Below are positions 1 through 8,464 of a DNA stretch of 20,000 bases, one piece after another. The stretch comes from Enoplolaimus lenunculus (lineage: Eukaryota). The DNA lies in assembly GCA_030248215.1 (NCBI GenBank), contig JASANG010002922.1, forward strand, positions 417,439 through 437,438, in the 5' to 3' direction. The translations under genes and the position numbers were made by a program. Each line of letters begins with the position of its first letter. Positions within the stretch are counted from its first letter, which is position 1. The notes below the pieces were generated by a model. That model was not told the DNA's origin. It worked only from the letters and a program-made list of their open reading frames with translations, and searched no databases.

Positions 1-722
1 GCAATAAAATACAACAACTCTCTTGGTTAATAAAACACTAAATTCTGTGGTGACTCTGAAATTTCTCTCAAACTCCCGGATATGGCAGTAATTTCGCCCG
101 GTTGTCCGTTTTTAAACCGGTGGGTAAATGCTATTTTTCGGCAGTTTAAGACATAAAACTCTGATCGGTACCTAGCAATTCCGCAGCGATGAATTGTTAG
201 TAGTAGGGGATATAAAACCATTTATAGAACGGGGGCAAACAAAAAGTTTGCTAAAAACAATTGTGTAGATGTACAAAAATTTTAGAGCATGCAGAGGTCA
301 AAATGATTCTAAACCGGGTAACGCGCGCGGTCGACTCCCGTAGACGTGGCTCTGTCGACTTAGCGATTTTAATCGTAACGCAAACTTCTGGTGAACAGGT
401 TTGCTACAGTGTATTCGTGCTACAGGTTAAGCGTTTTAAACTCGCTAGGTTATTTTGAATATATATACTCAAATTAGGCTAGTTTAAACTTCAAGTTGAT
501 AAACGATAGTAGACTTGTATTTCAACAGATCGACGTTTGTGTTTGCATATATTGTTCAAATATAACGCACACTCTTTAGTCTCGGTGTTTGCCGAAAATG
601 GTTCGATTTTGAAAATTTTTTGGCAAAATTAATAATACAACTTAAACGTCGTGTGTTCTGGTTCGTTCTGACAGCCAGTTTGACTGTTACAACAATTCGG
701 GTTTGAAGGTCGGAAAAAGTCA

Positions 723-1134
723 CACTGTGGGACCCGAAAATTTTTTGTCAGTTAGAAAATTTCTACTTGATCACAGAACGTGAACTTTAGCATCATTTCC
801 TGTCAAAACGTTCACCGATTTACCATTTGCAGCGAAAAACAGTTTCGTAAACTGTTTTTGATGCATATGGTGTAAATGCGGTAATGGCTTTTGGTTTAAA
901 CATGGACGTTTTTTTGATATTGGCGAGCGCAGTATAATCTGGATAGTGCATTACAATTTTTACAACTTTGAAAAAACGTGGGATTTATCCACACTTTGCA
1001 TTGAGAGACACAACTTTTGTAAAACCAGCATACACTTTGGGTCAGTTTGGCCCAAATTTAATTTCGTGTCCAATCTTTTTTCCCAAACTCTTTTCCAAAA
1101 TTCTTCTCATAGATCATCTTCCGTTCCCACAGCG
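723..1134. mobile_element. Possible degenerate TIR element with CACTGTGGGA termini (Transib-like ends)
   Basis: CACTGTGGGACCCGAAAA at 723 versus the reverse complement of the right end, CGCTGTGGGAACGGAAGA. No clear TSD. Confidence 0.3.
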
Positions 1135-1207
1135 CGTACAGAGCCAAAGTGCGTTGTCCATGTAATGCGTTTATTAGTTGAAAAGTTTATGCAGTAAGAA
1201 ATATGAC

Positions 1208-1392
1208 GGCCAATGTAAAACAACAGGACCGTAACGGTAGTATAAGCGTATTCGTAAGCCTAAGTCTAAACACAAGAGCAAGAATGAGCTTATATCGAAA
1301 CCTAAGCCTAAACAAAAAATATATCTAAACGTTATACTTAGTCTATGACAGTCCCGCAAAAAAGCGTTCCGCTCCTGACCGTTACATGGGCC
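1208..1392 (-). mobile_element. TTAGGC-containing MITE, subfamily A
   Basis: GGCCAATGTAA...TTACATGGGCC termini and degenerate GCCTAA tracts. TSD not recognisable. Confidence 0.85.
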
Positions 1393-1673
1393 GAAATGGC
1401 AAAAAAGGTGTTTCCAGGTATGACTTTTTATGAATGAAATACCGAAACAGCATGAGATGAAAGCGTACGTGCAGTTTTATCGTAAATTTATGTCAGTTTT
1501 CAGGCTATAAACGATAAACCGTGACACCTACGACTGTGATTCTTTCTTCAAACCAATTAAATCTGGTTTAAAAAGCCTAATAAATTTTTGAAATTGTCCA
1601 TTTTTTGAGGGCGTGAAAAAAATAAAATGAAAATTGGTGTAAGAATGTACGACGGTGACCTTATCGGTATAGT

Positions 1674-1863
1674 GGCCCATGTATAGAACAGGGCCGGAAC
1701 AGGAGTATAAGCATATTCCTAAGCCTAAGCCTAAGTGTATGGATGAGCCTCTTCCAAAGCCTAAGCCTAAGCTTAAGCCTAAGCAAAAAATTAGCCTAAA
1801 GCTTAAACTGACTCTATTATAGTCCCTCCGGAAAACGATCCGGCCCTGTTCTATACATGGGCT
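1674..1863 (-). mobile_element. TTAGGC-containing MITE, subfamily A, perfect 8-bp TSD
   Basis: 24/25-bp TIR GGCCCATGTATAGAACAGGGCCGGA. TSD GGTATAGT at 1666-1673 and 1864-1871. Internal (GCCTAA)n. Confidence 0.93.
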
Positions 1864-2697
1864 GGTATAGTTTGTTGGTATATGCTGGTTTCGTGTATTT
1901 AAGCACGTGGTAGGATTTATAGTTTTATGATTGTATTTGAATTAGAAAATAACCCGGAACTCTGAAACTGTAGTGGCCAGAATATGAGGTAATTAGAGAG
2001 GGGTCCTCATTTTGAGACCCAATCAATAAGAGTCCGTATCTCTAAAACAGTCCGTAAGCGGATAGAATCCCTAAACCCTAATTAGAATAAATGTCACTTA
2101 TCTCAAATTGTAGTACATAAATGACTCAAGCAACAAGTACAGTTGAGCTCGAAACTTTAAAGCATACTTTGTTTAAAAAGTACATTCTTAATTAAGTATA
2201 ACCTTGTAACTATACAAATAAACGTTTAATTCAACGGATAGTTACAATACCGAATATATATCAGCAACGAATGGCGGATTAAAAATAAATAACAGTCAGC
2301 GGCCAAATAATTATCAGCCCCCCTCTTGTTCGGGTCACTACAGCAGCAGCTGCGATATATATTTCGTATGTTAAACTGAAACGAATATGCCAGTATAGCC
2401 TTAAAGACAGTAAACTAAAAAATTTTCCAATATCCGTGTTGCGCACAAAGTGTTGAATTTAAGCCGAGACTTTACTATTTGATACAATTCCAGCTTATAA
2501 AACACAAAAATAGCCTATGTCTACTGACAGTGTCCACTATAACTGCATACAAACGATGATAACATTTGGTTAATTTTAGTTTCGGATCTTAGATTTCTTA
2601 ACAAGGATTATGCTAATTGTGGTTTTGAAACTTTAGGTGATCGGACAGCCGTCTGTTTCTACACCTGCTACTAATTATTTAGCATAGATTGTTTGTC

Positions 2698-2858
2698 GGC
2701 CAATGTGTAGAATAGGGACGGAACAGTAGCATAAGCATATTCCTAAACCTAAGTCTTAATCTTAGCCTAAATATAACGAAATAAATTCGTCTAAAGCTTA
2801 AGCTTACTCTATTAAACACCCACAAGAAAACGTTCTGCCTGTGATCTTTACATGGGTC
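2698..2858 (-). mobile_element. TTAGGC-containing MITE, subfamily A (degenerate)
   Basis: GGCCAATGTG...TTTACATGGGTC ends and shared internal motifs (AAGCATATTCCTAA, AAGCTTACTCTATT). Confidence 0.85.
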
Positions 2859-3366
2859 GCCTTTCTTTTTAACAAAAAAACATCTGTTTAAATATTGAAA
2901 ACTTGATTTCAGATGCGCGTATAAATTGATCAGAAACGATATCAAATTTCATAACCTTATTTGCCGTTTCAATTTAAACTGTGGAACCAGATATACGTAC
3001 TTGTGAAACTGTTTTGTGGAAATATTCTGTGAAACTCTACAGTCAAATAGCGAGCACATTTGTTAGCATGGCTTGCCCACACTTAGAAAATTTCAACTTT
3101 GCTTGTATTAAGCCATTGACAACCCATGTATGCGTCAACTGAAAAGTTTTGAGCCCCCTTGGAAAGATGAGCTTCTTACGGACCTGGCACCCCTTCGTTG
3201 AAATTTTACGGCCATGGTCCTTTCATGTACATTTGGTTTTCATGCTGGGCAGTCATAGTACGCATAGGCTTAGATATTCAAGCCTTAAGCTTATTCTTGG
3301 GCTTAAAATGGGACACATGTGAAGCAACCTTGGCAAAATACGCATTTGATAGCAACTAATGCAGCA

Positions 3367-3495
3367 TCCACAACATCATGCATACACCAGGTGACATTTT
3401 GAAGGCGTCGTATGATTGAGACACAAGCTTTTTTGCTTCTTTGTCCATCACACTATCCCCTCAAAAGTCACCTGGTGTACGCATGATATTGTGGA
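3367..3495. mobile_element. Unclassified MITE with ~35-bp TIR
   Basis: TCCACAACATCATGCATACACCAGGTGACATTTTGA versus TCAAAAGTCACCTGGTGTACGCATGATATTGTGGA. Confidence 0.75.
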
Positions 3496-3644
3496 AGTAG
3501 TCTTTAAGTACAAACTCTGTGCTTGTTGGAAAGTATGATTAAACAGCGAAAAACACAATTTCTTAGTTTTAGAGATTAGAAACTAAAAGAGCATTATAGA
3601 TATACAAAAACGCCTAAACGTGACTGTTGGTAAGCTAAATTTTC

Positions 3645-3800
3645 GCTTAAGCCTAAACACAAGCCTATTCCTAAACTTACGCATAAAAGCTGATACTACG
3701 GGCTTAGGCTTAGGCTTAATCTTAGGCTTAGGCTTAGGCTTATGCTTAGGCTTAGGCTAAGCTTAGGCTTAGCGTTAGGCGTCTCCAAATCCTTAGGTTT
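3645..3800. repeat. Interstitial telomere-like array: degenerate GCCTAA block followed by ~13 TTAGGC units
   Basis: Direct reading of 3701-3780 (GGCTTAGGCTTAGGC...). No GGCC-ATGT termini nearby. Confidence 0.85.
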
Positions 3801-4224
3801 CTTTCTAAACAGTATAGGCTTTGCAAAAAATATTAAGGTCACAAGTTTTATGCAATTCCTATTTCCGAATCCGGACCCATTTAGGTCTTAGAGTTACATT
3901 TTTCTGCTCTTACATGCCATGCAACCGTGTTACTATTTGGCTCAAAATAGGTAGTATTAATACATCAGAAAGCCGGTTTAGTACTTTCTTTCAAGGTCCT
4001 TGATACTACACAGTCATAGCTACGGACCCTCCGGTCTGTAGAAAGGTACCAATTAATTTAATTTCACCTTTGCCCGTTTTAATCGGGTCCATTAAACTGT
4101 GACAACTAGAGTCAGTTAATATGAGAACCAACTAAATATTGATTAGATGTTAGGCTACTTTGGGTTGGAAACAATGTTAAGAAACTGTCTTGTCGGCTGT
4201 TGTACACTTTCGTTTACATTTCAA

Positions 4225-4330
4225 CTTATGGCTTTGGCTTAGGCTTAGGTTTTAGGCTCAGAGTTTCAGGCGTAGGGTTTTAGGCTTAGGAGAATAACTT
4301 TTGCGATGGGTTAGCCTGAGGGCTAGGTAA
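4225..4330 (+). repeat. Degenerate TTAGGC array
   Basis: TTTGGCTTAGGCTTAGGTTTTAGGCTCAG...TTTTAGGCTTAGG. Confidence 0.7.
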
Positions 4331-4565
4331 AGGTGGATATCCTTGCATTTATATTAGGCAGCACGATAACGTTTGACATAAACACTCGTTATACGGTCCG
4401 CCAGTACGTTGAGACGGAGTTTGGCATGCGAGGCGAATGAAAAGCCAAACGATATTTTGGTATTCAACGCTCACGTATCCCGAGATGTTCTGTTAAACTG
4501 ATCTTTGTTTTTTAGAACGTTTGTTTAAATATTATTTTACCACAGGATATATTAATTAATTACCA

Positions 4566-4690
4566 CACTGCGAAAAAATGTTGAGTCAAATTGACTCTCT
4601 CCAAAATAGGCTCTCCAGGACAACACAAACTGAGACAAAATTGACTCCGCTTGAGTCAAGAGTCAATTTGACTCGCCATTTTTTGCAGTG
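4566..4690. mobile_element. CMC (CACTA/EnSpm/Mirage)-like MITE
   Basis: ~33-bp TIR CACTGCGAAAAAATGTTGAGTCAAATTGACTCT / AGAGTCAATTTGACTCGCCATTTTTTGCAGTG, 2-bp TSD CA, internal GAGTCAA repeats. Confidence 0.8.
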
Positions 4691-5052
4691 CATATTCGAG
4701 CGTCTGTTCGTTAGCTGCCAATGTTGCTTGCATTGTTGGGTCAGCGTTTGTAATTCAGCAAAGCATACGATTAATTAACGAGTCGCAGATTATGATCCGA
4801 CTGGAATTTTCTAAGGTCACTTGAAACATAAAGCCGACAGATACAGCTTGAGTTCAAAATTTTTTAAGCTAAAAATACGTTCACTATTATAACTGAGGTA
4901 TATTTTTTCAAAGCCATCGCGAGGCGATTACTTTTTATTGGTTCCGTTAGGCTACTTCCCTTACCTGCATACTCAATCAGATAATTGTAGCCATATTTCC
5001 AGCTACACATCAAACAAGCAAACTTCAAAGCTTCAGACTTCAAACTGTGTTT

Positions 5053-5268
5053 GGCCCATGTTAAGGGGCGTCCAGGTTTCTGGCGGGTCTATAAAAGAGT
5101 AGGTTTAGATTCTAGATTACATTTTTTTGCTTAGACTTAGGCTTAGGCTTAGGCTTATGCTTAGGCTTATGCTGAGGCTTAGGTACACATTTTTGCAACG
5201 CTAGGCTTTAGGCTTAGGTTTAGGAATACGCTTAAACTACTGTTACGCGACTTAAAGTAACATTGGCC
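5053..5268 (+). mobile_element. TTAGGC-containing MITE, subfamily B
   Basis: GGCCCATG...AAAGTAACATTGGCC. TSD CTGTGTTT/CTGTTTTT (7/8). Confidence 0.92.
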
Positions 5269-5312
5269 CTGTTTTTTGTGGGTACGACAAACGCACAAAC
5301 AAACGAACAATA

Positions 5313-5456
5313 TTTTCAGTCCAGCTATCGACTGGTTTTAAACTTTCAAACCGATCATCAGCTGGCAATCGGGTGCTATACACATTTGAAAATACACCGG
5401 TACTGCAGTTAGGATTATGCCAGATTTGAAACCACAAACAAGCGTTTATTTTTTAG
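5313..5456 (+). promoter_or_regulatory. Candidate trans-splice/5'UTR acceptors for the channel gene (TTTTCAG 5313-5319; TTTTTAG 5450-5456; possible 57-nt UTR intron 5400-5456)
   Basis: Consensus nematode acceptors upstream of ATG 5505 and a G|GTACTG donor at 5400. Inference only. Confidence 0.35.
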
Positions 5457-5504
5457 GTTTTCATATTCTATTCGATATTGTGCCTAACGCCTTTATAATT
5501 TACA

Positions 5505-5574
5505 ATGTTGTCCCGTTTGAAAGCTGAGGCAGTTGTTCGACATTCTTCGGTGTCAACTCAAGAAGAAGTTAAAA
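5505..5574 (+). CDS. K2P/TWK potassium channel, predicted coding exon 1 (MLSRLKAEAVVRHSSVSTQEEVK+A)
   Basis: ATG at 5505 and perfect donor A|GTAAGT at 5575. The phase-1 end matches the phase-1 acceptor at 6365 (A+AC=Asn). Exon 2 has no Met, so an upstream exon is required. Confidence 0.7.
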
Positions 5575-5579
5575 GTAAG

Positions 5580-5682
5580 TTTGAACGCGCGCGTTGGTGT
5601 ACGGTTCGGTCGTCGCTCGACGGCACCGGACAGCTCACCGCACCGAATGACGCCCGACGACGCCGAACGCGGTTTGTTAAAA
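5580..5682. repeat. GC-rich imperfect palindrome in channel intron 1 (probable MITE remnant)
   Basis: TTTGAAC..GCGTT-GGTGT..GTCG versus CGACGACGCCGAACGC..GTTAAA. Confidence 0.4.
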
Positions 5683-5954
5683 TAGTGAAAAAAGTATAGC
5701 ATCACACTTACAGTTCAATAGATAGCCAAATTTAAATTATGATCAATTCGAGATAAGCGTGCTAGAATAGCTTTAGGTTTAGTTTTCTGCGATGGTTTTG
5801 AGAAGATAACAGAATGTCAAACGAGTTGAATTGACCAGTTACAAATTACAAAAAATTGCACAAAGTGCAATAAGAACTATTTGCAATTATTTTGTTAATA
5901 CTGTTAAATTTTGCATTCAACGACTCTCAACGCACAAATTATGACTATATATTT

Positions 5955-6037
5955 AAGGGTGGAAGCGGATCGTGAAAATAACGGAAACGGAAATTGATCT
6001 TAGCCGGAAGCGGGAGCGCATATGCGGTTGTACCCTG
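5955..6037. mobile_element. Small hAT-like MITE
   Basis: AAGGGTGGAAGCG...GCGGTTGTACCCTG ends, GGAAGC/GGAAAC subterminal repeats, flanks ATATATTT/CTATATGT (6/8). Confidence 0.55.
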
Positions 6038-6108
6038 CTATATGTTGCAACTCATGGTTTGAGACCTGCTTTGTAACCGCAGGAATGGTTAACGACCAAG
6101 AACATTAA

Positions 6109-6290
6109 GGCCCATGTAAAGATCAGCGGCGGAACATTTTGCTACGAGGCTGCAATGGAGTAAAGCTTAAGATTTTGATAATTTTTTCCTTACGCTTTCG
6201 CATAGACTTAGATATAAGCTCATTCTTACGTTTAGTCTTGGGATTAGACTTAGGAACATGCTTATACTACTGTAACGGCCCAGTTCGTAG
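6109..6290 (+). mobile_element. TTAGGC-containing MITE, subfamily A (right end decayed)
   Basis: GGCCCATGTAAAGATCAGCGGCGGAAC start and degenerate TTAGGC tracts. Confidence 0.8.
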
Positions 6291-6364
6291 CAAACATTTG
6301 TAAAGCTGAGTAGTGGGGGTTGTAAAAAATTTTGCAAAATTTGATTTTCATAAAATATTTTCAG

Positions 6365-6616
6365 ACTGGAAAGAACATTGCTTACAAAGTTTCAAAGAAA
6401 CGTTTCAAAATTCACCCAAACTACGCTGTTTTGCGTTATATTTGGGATTTACAAGCTTTATATCGTTCGGCGGGTGCTTATTTTACATAATCGAACAAAC
6501 AGCCAATGTGCCGTACTCATTAGAACCGCGGCTAAAAAGCAACCCGCTATCGTGTCTAGGAAACTACGACTTTTGGGGCTCTCTGTTCTACGCTTTGAGC
6601 GCCGCGTCAACCATCG
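6365..6616 (+). CDS. K2P/TWK potassium channel exon 2: M1 helix, short cap, pore helix 1 up to STI-G
   Basis: Acceptor TTTTCAG at 6358-6364. Translation ...FALYLGFTSFISFGGCLFYIIEQ...YDFWGSLFYALSAASTI-G fits K2P M1/P1. Donor G|GTACGT at 6617. Confidence 0.9.
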
Positions 6617-6706
6617 GTACGTTTGTTCCTGTCGCGAATGATTCGTTAATTGCGAAAAACCTTTTCTTTGTTAGGTCAACTTTATAATTTTTCTATAGTT
6701 TACTTT

Positions 6707-7015
6707 ATGTGTCGTTCACAATGTGAAAATTTGGCTAAAGCCACAAAATGTGTCGTAGCCCAGTGTTATATAACAGCCAATTGTTAACCGTACCCTAAAC
6801 AAAAATGTTTCATTGATCATACCTCAACACGTGTCACTAACTGGTTTTTGAGACACGTTGAGGTAAAGGCAGCACTTTTTTACACCCTCTGCCACTGCAT
6901 CGATCCTACCTCAACGTAAAATTTCCGTTGTTCATACCTCAAAGCGTTTCGGTCGTTTACTATGGCTACGACACATTTTGTGGCCGTCAAAAATTTTATA
7001 TTGTGAACGGCGCAG
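6707..7015. mobile_element. MITE with ~55-bp TIR, probably Tc1/mariner-type
   Basis: TGTGTCGTTCACAATGTGAAAATTT..GCCACAAAATGTGTCGTAGCC versus GGCTACGACACATTTTGTGGCC..AAATTTTATATTGTGAACGGCGCA. TA at the right flank. Internal TACCTCAA repeats and hairpin. Confidence 0.75.
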
Positions 7016-7172
7016 TACAAATTGAATTTTAAATTTCATTTTTGAAACAATTTTCCTCAAAGTTTTTAGCCCGTAAAATGTAATTTAAACATACTCTAGT
7101 GGATTTTGGCGGAAACAGCTAAAACAGTGCTTAAATAGGATTTATTATGGTACATTTTTTGCTCCGCATCAT

Positions 7173-7380
7173 GGTATCACGACAATTCGTCGACCCGACA
7201 ACTCGTCGACCGACAACTTGGAATTTAAAATTTCATCGACTCGACAATTTGTCGTTCATTATATAATGTTTAGAATTACAATTAGGCTTTGGATTACGTT
7301 TAGGATTATGCTTAGACTTATTTATAAATTCTGAGACACTGTTATGAGCGACAAGTTGTCAGTCGACGAATTGTAGTGCC
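7173..7380 (+). mobile_element. Third telomere-repeat-containing TIR element (CGACAATTCGTCGAC subterminal repeats)
   Basis: GGTATCACGACAATTCGTCGAC / GTCGACGAATTGTAGTGCC termini, degenerate TTAGGC at 7282-7320, flanks CGCATCAT/CACATCAG. Confidence 0.7.
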
Positions 7381-7597
7381 ACATCAGTCACTGCTTTGCT
7401 ACCTTATCACCAATAAATTTGCGAGCATTAGCATGCGGAAATAGTTGAAATTCGATTTCAGAACAAATTTATTTTGCGCCTCGTAAATTGCAATTCATAA
7501 GTATTCTATATGGATTTAGCCAAAACTGACAAACAGCCTAGCTTACGGATTTTACACTTGGAGTGCTACGCTGCGTCCAATACACTATTGCTACGTT

Positions 7598-7810
7598 GGC
7601 CAATGTTACTTTTAGATGTGTAACAGAATATTAAGCGTATTCCTAAGCCTAAGCCTAAGTCTAAGCGTTGCAAAAATGAATTGCTAAGCCTAAGCCTAAG
7701 CCTTAGCCTAAGCCTCAGCCTAAGCCTAAGCAAAAATGTATTAGAATCTAAACCTATATTCCTTCATAGACCCGCCAGAAACCTGGACGCCCCTTAAAGT
7801 AACATGGACC
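7598..7810 (-). mobile_element. TTAGGC-containing MITE, subfamily B
   Basis: GGCCAATGTTACTTT...AAAGTAACATGGACC. TSD GCTACGTT/GCTGCGTT. Confidence 0.92.
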
Positions 7811-7818
7811 GCTGCGTT

Positions 7819-7930
7819 TTATTCCTAAGCCTAAGCCTAAGCCCGAGCAAAAAACGTAATTTAGAATCTAAATCTTCTCTTTTGTAGACCCACCAGAAAC
7901 CTGGACGCCCCTTCAAGTAACACATGGGCC
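7819..7930 (-). mobile_element. Second, truncated subfamily-B copy in tandem
   Basis: Lacks the GGCCAATG end. Ends ACATGGGCC followed by a third TSD-like GCTACGAT. Confidence 0.85.
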
Positions 7931-8202
7931 GCTACGATTTATGACGCAAGCAGATCTGCCAGAAGTAGCATGTGTTCGACGACTGTATCCTTCAAATTCT
8001 GTTTTTGAAAAATTCAAATTTTTTTCCGAAATTCTATCTTAAACGGTTCAATTCTAGAATAATTTTCAGCGTAAATATAAATGAAAACATCGTGCTTTAC
8101 ATCATAATGTGGAATTAATCAGCTGTAGCAAGGTTTTGCGTTCTTTCGAGATATGTACGCCGCACTGGTTGATTCATTCAAAGCAGGTCGACGCCACCGG
8201 CT

Positions 8203-8350
8203 TCTAAGTGTAGGCGTAAGCCTAAGCGCATGAATAAGCATATACCTAATCCTAAGCCTGCGCCAAAACGGAAAAATTAACCTAAAGGTTAAGTATACAC
8301 TATTCTAGTCGCGCAGAAAAACTTTTCGCCCCTGAGATCTTTGCATGGTC
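8203..8350 (-). mobile_element. TTAGGC-containing MITE, subfamily A (partial)
   Basis: GCCTAA tracts and ...TTCGCCCCTGAGATCTTTGCATGGTC end. Confidence 0.7.
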
Positions 8351-8464
8351 GTCCAATATCGCAATAGCAACAAGCTCCTTAGATAGATTTTCGGATGCTC
8401 AACACTACATACCGTAGACGTTCCGTTGTCATTAATATAATTAATAACTACTACTGTTTGGCAG

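Noticed and set aside
27..458. Short ORFs 27-221 (-) and 261-458 (+)
   Set aside because: No recognisable domain or consistent exon chain. An exon of a gene outside the window cannot be excluded.
1975..2370. CCCTAAACCCTAA motif and weak inverted repeats (1975-2115, 2247-2370)
   Set aside because: Too degenerate to define element boundaries or a TSD.
4690..5010. Possible divergent minus-strand exons (donor CAG|GTAAGG near 4965, acceptor TTCCAG near 4801)
   Set aside because: Joined frames hit stops quickly and no protein is recognisable. At most a non-coding transcript.
8395..8464. ATG 8395 as start of the 835-aa ORF
   Set aside because: This is intronic read-through. The acceptor at 8464 joins exon 2 to complete TIGFG, and M1/P1 lie upstream.
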